Shown here piece after piece: positions 18,445 through 26,600 of a stretch of 64,000 bases of DNA; the first letter of the stretch is position 1; every line of letters begins with the position of its first letter. Origin of the DNA: a virus (lineage: Duplodnaviria > Heunggongvirae > Uroviricota > Caudoviricetes); the IMG/VR virus record IMGVR_UViG_3300025896_000022; one strand, written 5' to 3'. The translations under genes and the position numbers were made by a program. A model generated the notes under the pieces. That model worked only from the letters and a program-made list of their open reading frames with translations. It was not told the DNA's origin and did not search any database.

Positions 18445-18494
18445 GGGGGGTAGAGGGTAGATGCGCAAGACTGGGGGAGGCGTTAGGTAGGGGG
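18445..18494 (+). other. G-rich tract (G6, G3, G5, G5 runs) able to form a G-quadruplex, inside a ~360-nt structured non-coding island (18290-18650)
   Basis: Read directly: GGGGGGtagaGGGtagatgcgcaagactGGGGGaGGcgttaggtaGGGGG. The local GC is far above the genome background. Neighbouring hairpins are GCGGTG-attaa-CACCGC and CCCTAGcag…ctaCTAGGG. Confidence 0.4.
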
Positions 18495-18649
18495 TACCAC
18501 CATTCTAACACACAGTATATTTGTATTCCTCCTGTCAAAAAATATTTACAAAATTTTATTACTGCGGTGATTAACACCGCTATTCACTGCAAAAATAAAC
18601 CCTAGCAGAATTAACTACTAGGGTGATTTATGTATTACTATATAGGATA

Positions 18650-18859
18650 TTAGTTAGTGGTCGCTAATAACATATCGCGTTCTTCACTTATTTCACATTC
18701 ATAGTGCCAACTTATATCTGTATCAAATGTAAGTTTAATAAGAGTACCGCCATCTGCTGTTGCTTGAACACCTATTACTTGTCTACCTACTTGGTCTAAA
18801 TCTGTTTTTAAATATACTATTTGACCAAAATCAAAATTACTAGTTACTCTTATACTCAT
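18650..18859 (-). CDS. hypothetical protein
   Basis: 69-aa ORF. Confidence 0.35.
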   Translation of the reverse strand: MSIRVTSNFDFGQIVYLKTDLDQVGRQVIGVQATADGGTLIKLTFDTDISWHYECEISEERDMLLATTN

Positions 18860-18870
18860 GTTGTTGTTGT

Positions 18871-19122
18871 TTAAAGTTCTCTTGTCATTTCAAGAATTAC
18901 TGTATCATATTCGTGTTCACTTATTGCACCAACAAGTTTGTGTACTAATACATCATCTTTAAGAAATACTAATGCTGGTATATTTCTAATGTTATATTTT
19001 CTTGTTAGTTCTTCATCTTTTTCAATGTTGACATTTGTTATTCCTTTTTTATCTTTTAATGTATTTGATAAAACTTTACAAGGTCCACACCAATCTGCAT
19101 AAAATTTTAGTACTGTTATCAT
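18871..19122 (-). CDS. trxA: thioredoxin (small, NrdC/Trx-like)
   Basis: The active site 'WCGPCK' sits at the expected N-terminal position, with the 'FYADWCGPCK' context. Size is 83 aa. Confidence 0.75.
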   Translation of the reverse strand: MITVLKFYADWCGPCKVLSNTLKDKKGITNVNIEKDEELTRKYNIRNIPALVFLKDDVLVHKLVGAISEHEYDTVILEMTREL

Positions 19123-19141
19123 ATTTATATTTTTTTAATTT

Positions 19142-19194
19142 TTTACAAATATATTATAAATTTGTAAAAGTTAAACTTTATTTTATATATTTGT
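19142..19194 (+). promoter_or_regulatory. Divergent promoter region. A 10-bp perfect palindrome (TTTTACAAAT-9 nt-ATTTGTAAAA) overlaps a Bacteroidetes-type promoter (-33 TTTG at 19162-19165, -7 TATATTTG at 19187-19194, 21-nt spacing) for the plus-strand operon that starts at 19219.
   Basis: Read directly. The -7 element matches the TAnnTTTG consensus of Bacteroidetes sigma-A promoters. This is the point where transcription orientation switches. Confidence 0.45.
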
Positions 19195-19218
19195 GGTGTA
19201 ATTAATAACTATTTAAAT

Positions 19219-19581
19219 ATGACAGCAGAAACTAAAATGCCAGAACAACCATCAAAAGAACAAATTATCTCTTGGTACACTGAACAAATTGAAATTGCAA
19301 CATTAAGAAAAACTCTTTCTGAGTTAAATAAAGATATTGCAACATTTGATGCGCAACGTTTAAAAGCAACAATTATGATTGCTCAAATGCAAGAACCTCA
19401 AAAGGCAACTGGTAATGAAATTGAGCATGTTGTTACTCAAGAAGATTTAGATGCAAATCCAGAATTGGTTGAGAACAATGTAAAAGTTGGTGATAAGATT
19501 TTAGTATCTGGAACACCAACTGCAGAAGAACAAGAATTTGAAGAAGATCAAGTTCCAGTTAGAACATTAAAAAAAGAATAA
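19219..19581 (+). CDS. hypothetical protein
   Basis: 120-aa ORF, first gene of the plus-strand block. Confidence 0.4.
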   Translation: MTAETKMPEQPSKEQIISWYTEQIEIATLRKTLSELNKDIATFDAQRLKATIMIAQMQEPQKATGNEIEHVVTQEDLDANPELVENNVKVGDKILVSGTPTAEEQEFEEDQVPVRTLKKE

Positions 19582-19582
19582 G

Positions 19583-19816
19583 ATGTTTAGTAAACCAACA
19601 ACATCGCATTCTTCTTTATTACAGAAGAAAACAAAAATATTAAATGTATTTGTTGTTATGCAAGATGAATTAAAAAAGTTACATGATGAACAAAAAGATT
19701 ATGCAACTAATATTCAAGCAAAATTAAAAGAGTTGTCTGATGAACTTACATCAGTTGAAACAAGTAGAGCAGAGACTACAAAAACCATTAACAAAATTGA
19801 AACAATATTAAAATAA
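19583..19816 (+). CDS. hypothetical coiled-coil protein
   Basis: 77-aa ORF. Confidence 0.35.
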   Translation: MFSKPTTSHSSLLQKKTKILNVFVVMQDELKKLHDEQKDYATNIQAKLKELSDELTSVETSRAETTKTINKIETILK

Positions 19817-20016
19817 TGGAAGATTTTGTAAAACGCATGCACGAAGAGTTAGAGCAGTTAAAAGAAAAAAAAGATAAGTTAAATGACTTTATCACTAATA
19901 ATCCAAAGTTTAGCGAACTAACAAATATCAATAGAATTTTATTGATAAATCAATTTAACGCAATGGAGTTATATTATTATGCTCTTGAATCAAGAATAGA
20001 ATTTATTAACGATTAA
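19816..20016 (+). CDS. hypothetical protein
   Basis: 66-aa ORF whose start overlaps the previous stop (ATGA). Confidence 0.35.
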   Translation: MEDFVKRMHEELEQLKEKKDKLNDFITNNPKFSELTNINRILLINQFNAMELYYYALESRIEFIND

Positions 20017-20025
20017 ATATAAAAA

Positions 20026-20313
20026 ATGTCAGATTTTAAAAAATTAAGAGGAAGAAGAATTTTACTTACTAAACCAGTAAAGAAAGAAAGTGCAATTCAA
20101 TTATCTGCAAATATAGAAGCAGAAATGGATGCAGATGCAATGAAACAATGGACTGCACTTGAAGTATACGCTATTGGGGATGATGTTGAAGAAGTTGCTA
20201 TAGGTGATAAAGTGTATGTACCAACATATGGATTACAACAAGCTGAAATTCTTGAAGTTGGTGGTGCACTAAGAATGATGATTTCTGAAGGAGATATTGC
20301 AATTATTTGGTAA
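20026..20313 (+). CDS. groES: GroES/cpn10-like co-chaperonin (T4 gp31-like)
   Basis: It is 95 aa. 'RILLTKP' followed by a mobile-loop region, then '…EVYAIGDDVEEVAIGDKVYV…ISEGDIAIIW', is collinear with the GroES layout (RVLV…; GDxVl; E.DILAI). Confidence 0.55.
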   Translation: MSDFKKLRGRRILLTKPVKKESAIQLSANIEAEMDADAMKQWTALEVYAIGDDVEEVAIGDKVYVPTYGLQQAEILEVGGALRMMISEGDIAIIW

Positions 20314-20490
20314 AATAATTAGACCTCTACTAGTGCACTGGTATGTATCGAAGATAGGAATTACAGACACTCATTAAAAAGTGTGTTGGCGTGGAGGTCC
20401 TCCAAATCGTAGGTTGGCACAGTTTGTAACTCTGGGGATATTCAAAAGTTACTGATGGCTTAGTCAGTTGTGCCATAAACAACTGTTGAT

Positions 20491-20562
20491 TGCGTGAAGG
20501 TGTAAATGGTTGCATACAGGTCTCATAAACCTAGAGGGGTGGTTCGAGTCCACGACACGCTA
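20491..20562 (+). tRNA. tRNA-like element, possibly tRNA-Met/Ile2 (CAT), with a canonical T-loop GGTTCGAGTCC but several stem mismatches. It may be degenerate.
   Basis: A manual fold gives the anticodon loop CTCATAA, the T-arm GGTGG-TTCGAGT-CCACG and a D-loop AAATGGTT. The acceptor pairs at only 5 of 7 positions. This needs tRNAscan-SE. Confidence 0.3.
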
Positions 20563-20572
20563 CTAAATTACT

Positions 20573-20929
20573 GGGGATGACTGGTTTTGACAGGTCATTA
20601 GTAAGTAGTACAATCAGCCAGAGAGATAACTGTAAACTAAGGTGAATTTAATAAATGACAACAAAGTAATTTCGTTAGATGCTGACCAAGTTAGTGCTAA
20701 CATGAGCAAAGTTTTTTCATTAATTAATGCAGATGTCGAAGAGTTAGAAATAGCTGCGTAGTAAGCATCAACAAGATTTATCAGTTCGATTAAACTGATT
20801 GGTGGTTTTGTCTACATTAGTAGATCCCAGAGTGCTCCTGTAGACTCTTTAAATAAGTATGGGTGCAAAAGCTGTATAAATTGTATTATTGACCATGGTT
20901 TGGACAGGGGTTCGACTCCCCTCATCTCC
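20573..20929 (+). ncRNA. ssrA: tmRNA (ssrA-like, one-piece) carried by the phage
   Basis: The 5' end GGGGATGACTGGTTTTGACAGG matches the tmRNA consensus GGGGnUGnnnnGGnUUCGACnGG. The 3' end GGACAGGGGTTCGACTCCCCTCATCTCCA forms a T-arm (AGGGG-TTCGACT-CCCCT). Its acceptor strand CATCTCC pairs 7/7 (one G·U) with the 5' GGGGATG. The internal tag frame ends …GCA GAT GTC GAA GAG TTA GAA ATA GCT GCG TAG TAA (20729-20764), giving the putative tag A-DVEELEIAA. Confidence 0.7.
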
Positions 20930-21019
20930 ACAAGTGTATGTTATTATAGACAATATCTTATCTATTGTCTATAATAACACACATTAATAACTAATATATT
21001 AGTTAAAAACCTAACAACA

Positions 21020-21415
21020 ATGGATGTAAAAAGAGCACATAAAAAACTTAGATTATCATCACCAGATATAATCAAGTATCAATTACTTACAGAACTCATG
21101 TTCTTTAAGAAAGAAAATTTAATACCTTCTGATTTAGAAATACTTACATTATTAGTAATGTGGGGACCTATTGAGTTAGGTGGTTTTTGTATGGATGCTG
21201 CAAAAGTATTATATCCAGAAACATTACCTGAAGATTTATCACTTCGTTCACAAAATATTAGAAATAGAATTGTTAAATTAGAAAAAAGAAATATTATTGT
21301 TAAATCAAATACTGGTAGAAAAATTATTTCTTTAAATAGTGAAATTAATATCATATCTAATGGAAACATACTATTAGATTATAACTATCTTTCTGTTGAA
21401 CCCATTAAAGCGTAA
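21020..21415 (+). CDS. hypothetical protein
   Basis: 131-aa ORF, first ORF after the RNA locus. Confidence 0.4.
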   Translation: MDVKRAHKKLRLSSPDIIKYQLLTELMFFKKENLIPSDLEILTLLVMWGPIELGGFCMDAAKVLYPETLPEDLSLRSQNIRNRIVKLEKRNIIVKSNTGRKIISLNSEINIISNGNILLDYNYLSVEPIKA

Positions 21416-21788
21416 GTATATAATAGAGAAAACTGCAAAAGATTTAGATATTGCAGTTAATGTAGTTGATGATATAACATCTTTCTATTATAAATCTTTG
21501 CAAAAAAAATTATCATCAGCTAAATTTCATTCTATTAATGTTCCTTGTTTAGGAAATTTTGTAATTAAAAGAAAAACATTAGCAGAAAAAATAAGAAGAA
21601 ATATTTTATTTGTACAGAAAATTGAAAATGATGTTGATATAACAGTTCAAACTTATGAATTAATAATTCAAAAAAGAAAAGATACTGAAGCATTTATTAA
21701 ACTAACAGGATTAATGGATGATGAATACCAAAGAAGACAAGATGTTAAACTTAAAAAACAAGAATATAAAGATGGCAAATCCAATTAG
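21396..21788 (+). CDS. HU/IHF-like DNA-binding protein (putative). It probably starts at TTG.
   Basis: 'KRKYIIEKTAKDLDIAVNVVDDITSFYYKSL…INVPCLGNFVIKRKTLAEKIRRN' follows the HU pattern (K.ELI..IAEK…; V.L.GFG.F.V..R..R.GRNP). Confidence 0.35.
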   Translation: MNPLKRKYIIEKTAKDLDIAVNVVDDITSFYYKSLQKKLSSAKFHSINVPCLGNFVIKRKTLAEKIRRNILFVQKIENDVDITVQTYELIIQKRKDTEAFIKLTGLMDDEYQRRQDVKLKKQEYKDGKSN

Positions 21789-22080
21789 AATATGGAAAAA
21801 TCGTGGACTTATACTAGAAGGTATAAAAAACAATATTTTTAAAACAGAACATGTGGAAAATATTGCAAGTTTTAGAAATGAAATTTGCAATGCTTGTGAT
21901 TTTATTGATAAACAAGGAAGTAAATGTGCTATACCTGGTACACAACCTTGTTGTTCTGAATGTGGATGTTCTTTAAAATTAAAAACAAGATCACTTTCAT
22001 CAGATTGTCCTAAAGGTTTTTGGAAAGCTGAACTTACTGAAGCAGAAGAAGCATCGTTATTAACTCAGTTAAATAAATAA
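21718..22080 (+). CDS. Cys-rich hypothetical protein, putatively zinc-binding
   Basis: CNACDF…CAIPGTQPCCSECGCS…DCPKGFW. Confidence 0.35.
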   Translation: MMNTKEDKMLNLKNKNIKMANPIRIWKNRGLILEGIKNNIFKTEHVENIASFRNEICNACDFIDKQGSKCAIPGTQPCCSECGCSLKLKTRSLSSDCPKGFWKAELTEAEEASLLTQLNK

Positions 22081-22082
22081 TT

Positions 22083-22925
22083 ATGGCAATAGTATTTGAA
22101 GCAACAACACATTCATATGTATCTATAGATCCTGAAGATACAACTAAATGGGTATCTGTAACTACATTATTAAGTTCATTAAAACAACCATTTGATTCAT
22201 TAGCAATTGCTACTAAGTGTTCTCAAAATCAAAAGAATACAAATAAGTGGAAAGGCATGTCTGTTGCAAATATACAAGCAGCATGGAAAAAAGAATCTGA
22301 TCGTGCATGTACATTAGGAAACTGGTATCATGACCAACGTGAGCAAGATATTGTTAGTTGTGAAACTATTGTAAGATACGATGAGTCATTACCTGTAATC
22401 AAACCATTACTTGATGGAACAGGTAAAAAACTTGCACCATTACAAAAGTTAATTAATGGTATATATCCAGAACACATGGTTTATTTAAAATCTGCTGGAA
22501 TTTGTGGTCAATCTGATTTAGTTGAAGTTGTAGATAATACAGTTCATATAACTGATTATAAAACTAATAAAAAAATTGATAAAGAATCTTTTAAAAACTG
22601 GGAAGGTGTTTCTAAAAAAATGCTTGGTCCAGTTTCTCATATGGATGATTGTAATTTAAATCATTATAATCTACAACTCAGTATTTATATGTATATTATA
22701 TTGAAACACAATCCTAACTTAAAACCAGGTAAATTAATAATTCATCATATTACATTTGAAGAAGAAGATGAAAAAGATGAATTTGATTATCCGATTACTA
22801 AAATATCTACTGATGGAGATCCTATTATACGAGATATTGAAGTATTTGAGTTACCATATTTAAAAATAGAAGTAAATGATATTTTACAATGGTATAAAAA
22901 TAATCCTAAACTAATTAAAAAATAA
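22083..22925 (+). CDS. PD-(D/E)xK superfamily nuclease (putative, YqaJ/Cas4-like fold)
   Basis: 'GQSDLVEVVDNTVHITDYKTNKK' has the D…E.K arrangement of PD-(D/E)xK nucleases. Size is 280 aa. Confidence 0.4.
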   Translation: MAIVFEATTHSYVSIDPEDTTKWVSVTTLLSSLKQPFDSLAIATKCSQNQKNTNKWKGMSVANIQAAWKKESDRACTLGNWYHDQREQDIVSCETIVRYDESLPVIKPLLDGTGKKLAPLQKLINGIYPEHMVYLKSAGICGQSDLVEVVDNTVHITDYKTNKKIDKESFKNWEGVSKKMLGPVSHMDDCNLNHYNLQLSIYMYIILKHNPNLKPGKLIIHHITFEEEDEKDEFDYPITKISTDGDPIIRDIEVFELPYLKIEVNDILQWYKNNPKLIKK

Positions 22926-22928
22926 ATA

Positions 22929-23444
22929 ATGATAAGATTATTTGATATTTCCAATGGTACAGTTGTACCAACAGAACATTGTTTTGTATTAAGAGATTTG
23001 AAAATGGTAATGGATTGTTATCCAGAAGATTATCAAAACATATATGCATATTTGTTTTATATGTCTTGTCCAAATCCAGATTTAAATCCATATTTTGATA
23101 CACTAGAACATGAAAAAGAAGAACTTATACTTTCGCAGCTTAATGTCAATTTTAGTACTGAAGATGACACTATCATCCTTGCTCTCGCCTTATGTAAAAA
23201 ACTTTATGAAACCCCTACGTTACGTGCTTACATGGGTATTAAAAGCATGGTGGATAGGTTGGGAATGTATATGGAAACTACTCCTATCGAACATGGTAGG
23301 GATGGAAATATCAATTCTGTGGTTAATGTGGCGGCAAAGTTTGAACAAATTAGAATGTCGTTTAAAGGTGCGTACAAGGATCTTATGGAGGAACAGAAAT
23401 CGCAGGTAAGAGGAGGACAACAAGTTGCTTACGACCAAATGTAA
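22929..23444 (+). CDS. hypothetical protein, a candidate small terminase subunit by position
   Basis: 171 aa, immediately upstream of the large terminase. No motif supports the call. Confidence 0.25.
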   Translation: MIRLFDISNGTVVPTEHCFVLRDLKMVMDCYPEDYQNIYAYLFYMSCPNPDLNPYFDTLEHEKEELILSQLNVNFSTEDDTIILALALCKKLYETPTLRAYMGIKSMVDRLGMYMETTPIEHGRDGNINSVVNVAAKFEQIRMSFKGAYKDLMEEQKSQVRGGQQVAYDQM

Positions 23445-23634
23445 TATTATGAAACTAAATAGATTATACAACTGGTTATTTCATTATAACCCACATACAG
23501 AAAATTGGAATGCATTTCATAGAGATGACCAATCTGCATACTGGAATAAAACAGAAAAAACACATCCTGTATTTACAGCAAAAGAATTTAATGAGTTAAT
23601 AAAAATATTACACACCTCAAATTTATGTATATAA
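23425..23634 (+). CDS. hypothetical protein
   Basis: 69-aa ORF overlapping both neighbours. Confidence 0.3.
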   Translation: MLTTKCNIMKLNRLYNWLFHYNPHTENWNAFHRDDQSAYWNKTEKTHPVFTAKEFNELIKILHTSNLCI

Positions 23635-26600
23635 GTGTACCAACTCATGATTGTGAATTAGATTCATGGTCTGTAACAGACTTTGAAACAAGGGAATTGT
23701 TTGTAGAGTTTCTGACAAAAATGTTCAAGGTTCCTGGTACTTATGAATTTGATGAATGTTCTAACAAGTTTAACGAACAAGCACAGTTATTTAATAAAAA
23801 TAATAAAGTATATTGTGTATCACCTTTACGTTCAAAAGATTATGTAACGTATTGGGATGACCAAAAAGCAAAATGTAGATATGGAGTTATATATAAAAGT
23901 AATGGAAAGACTTGGTATTTAACTAGAGAATATTACATGTGGTTAAATTTTTTGCCTATATATGATAAAGAAGAAGCACGATTTGGATTTGCAAAAGTCA
24001 GAGACGCTCAGTATCATATGGCATTATATGAAGAACTTGCTAGACATTCTTATAAGCATGTTGTTATATTAAAGAAACGTCAGATTGCGTCAAGTTATTA
24101 TCATGGTGCAAAAATGATAAATTACTTTTGGTTTGAAGAAGGTTCTATTAGTAAAATGGCAGGTTCACTTAAAGACTATATTAATGAAAAAGGTACTTGG
24201 CGTTTTCTTGAAGAATATAGAAACTTTTTAAATACTTATACAGCATGGTACAGACCATGTACTCCAGATAAAGTACTTAACTGGGAACAAAAAATTGAAA
24301 TTAATCAAGGTGGTAAAAAACGAGATGTTGGTTTAAAATCAGTTATATTTGGATTAGTACTTGATAAAGATCCTACAAATGGTGTAGGTGGACCATGTAC
24401 ATTATTTTTTCATGAAGAAGCAGGTATTGCACCTAAGATGAATATGACAATGGAATACTTGTTGCCTGCAATGAAATCGGGTATGATATATACTGGTCAA
24501 TTTATTGCAGCAGGTTCAGTAGGAGATTTAGCACAATGTGAACCATTGCGTGAAATGTTAATGAATCCAGATGGTAAAGACATTCTTGCTGTTGAAACTA
24601 ATTTGATTAATGATAAAGGTGAGATTGGAATGTGCGGATTATTTATTCCAGAACAATGGTCAATGTTACCTTGTATTGATGAATATGGTAATTCACAAGT
24701 TGAACTTGCATTAGAAATGATTCTTGCAGAAAGAATAGTATGGAAAAAGAAACTTAAACCAGATGATTATCAACTTCGTATTTCTCAGAAACCTATTAAC
24801 ATTGCTGAAGCATTTGCACATAGAACAAGATCTGTATTTCCATTACACTTGGTAACACAACAACTTAGAAGAATTGAAGAAGGAGAATATTATAAAGAAT
24901 TTTTAGATTTAAATCGTGATGAAACTGGTAAAGTAGTTGCTAAAGAATCTAAAAAAATACCAATATCTGAATTTCCATTATCATCAAAAACTGAAGATAA
25001 AGAAGGTGTTTTAGTTGTATGGGAAAGACCACATAAAGATCCAATATTTGGAATGTATTACGCATCTGTCGATCCAGTTGCTGAAGGAAAGGCAGAGCAT
25101 GTTGATAATATGCTCTATACACCAAAAGGTAGAAAAAGAATAGGTGATATTCAAATAGGTGATAAAGTAACTGGTTCTAATGGAGAAGTTATTAATGTGA
25201 TTGGTGTTTACCCACAAGGAGTTAAAAAAATGTGTAAAATAACGTTTAGTGATGGACATAGTATTAAAGTATGTGAAGATCATTTATGGAATGTAAAATT
25301 AAATGGCGGAACAAAAGGATATATTACACTTTCTGTAAAAGATTTATTAAACAATACTAAAACAATTACATATAATGGAACAGGTAGAAATACTAAAAAA
25401 GAATATACAATTTCTACTTATTATAAAGATAAACAAAATAGAAATAAATGGTCAATACCAATAGTTAAACCTATTAGTTTTGATTTTGGTAAAATATTAC
25501 CTGTTAATCCTTATTTACTAGGTTTACTATTAGGTGATGGAGGATTATCTCAAAAATCTATTAGATTTAGTACAGTTGACACTGAGTTAATAAATTCTAT
25601 TGAACACATATTAGAAGATGACTTATTAATAAAAAAAGTTAAAAATTCAAATTGTGATTATACAATTATTACAAAAGTTGGTTCAAGAAATTCATTAACT
25701 AAAAGATTAAAAGAATTAGGTTTAAAAGGTAAAAGGTCCGAAGATAAATTTATACCACAAGAATACCTATATGCATTAGGATCTTGTAGATTATCTTTAT
25801 TACAAGGATTAATGGATACAGATGGTTCTTATTCAAATCATGGAGCAGAATTTTACTCATCATCAAAAAAATTAGCTTATCAAGTTGTTGAATTAGTACA
25901 ATCATTAGGAGGAATAGCAAAAATAAGATGTAAAAAAACAACTCATTTAGATTCTTATATTGTAAGAGTATTATTGCCTGAATATCTTAATCCTTTTATA
26001 CTAAAAAGAAAAAGAGAAATATATAAACCATCAAAAGTATTTAGCAAATACATAACAAATATAGAATACATTAATGACGCAGAAGCAATATGTATATCTG
26101 TTGATGCTCTTGATAATCTTTATGTTACGGAACATGCTATAGTTACACATAACACAACAACATCAGATTCATTATGTTCTATTTATGTATATAAAACATC
26201 TCAAGAAATTACAACACATAAATCTGATGGCACAATTGAATCTAATATTGAACGCGATAAAATTGTAGCTGCATGGTGTGGTAGATTTGATGATTTAAAT
26301 AAAACACATGAAAGACTTGAGTTAATTATTGAATGGTATAATGCGTGGACAATATGTGAAAATAACGTTAGTGCATTTATTCAGCATATGATTGCGCGTA
26401 GAAAACAAAAGTATTTAGTACCAAAAAATCAAATTATGTTTCTTAAAGAAATACAAGCAAACATGAATGTATTTCAAGAATATGGTTGGAAAAATGTTGG
26501 TACTATGTTTAAAGTAAATATTATACCATATGGTAAACAATTTCTTGAAGAAGAATTAGATTATGAAACTAAAACAGATGGTACTATTGTCAAAACTACA

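Noticed and set aside
18380-18577. 65-aa minus-strand ORF
   Set aside because: It lies in the GC/G-rich island whose composition and hairpins look non-coding. It has no ribosome-binding context. It is probably spurious.
20322-20476. Two additional tRNA genes
   Set aside because: 7-bp acceptor-like pairings exist (20322-20328/20393-20399 and 20415-20421/20469-20475). The enclosed sequences cannot be folded into D, anticodon and T arms of normal size. They are reported only as tRNA-like.
25011-25283. Minus-strand ORFs inside plus-strand structural genes (for example 25011..25283, 25750..25941, 27153..27362, 29170..29530, 29724..30059, 30329..30985, 33024..33371, 34899..35129, 41070..41501, 42187..42420, 43580..43902, 53098..53724, 58123..59137, 59832..61506)
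   Set aside because: They are antisense shadow ORFs in AT-rich coding DNA. The sense ORFs carry the recognisable domains.
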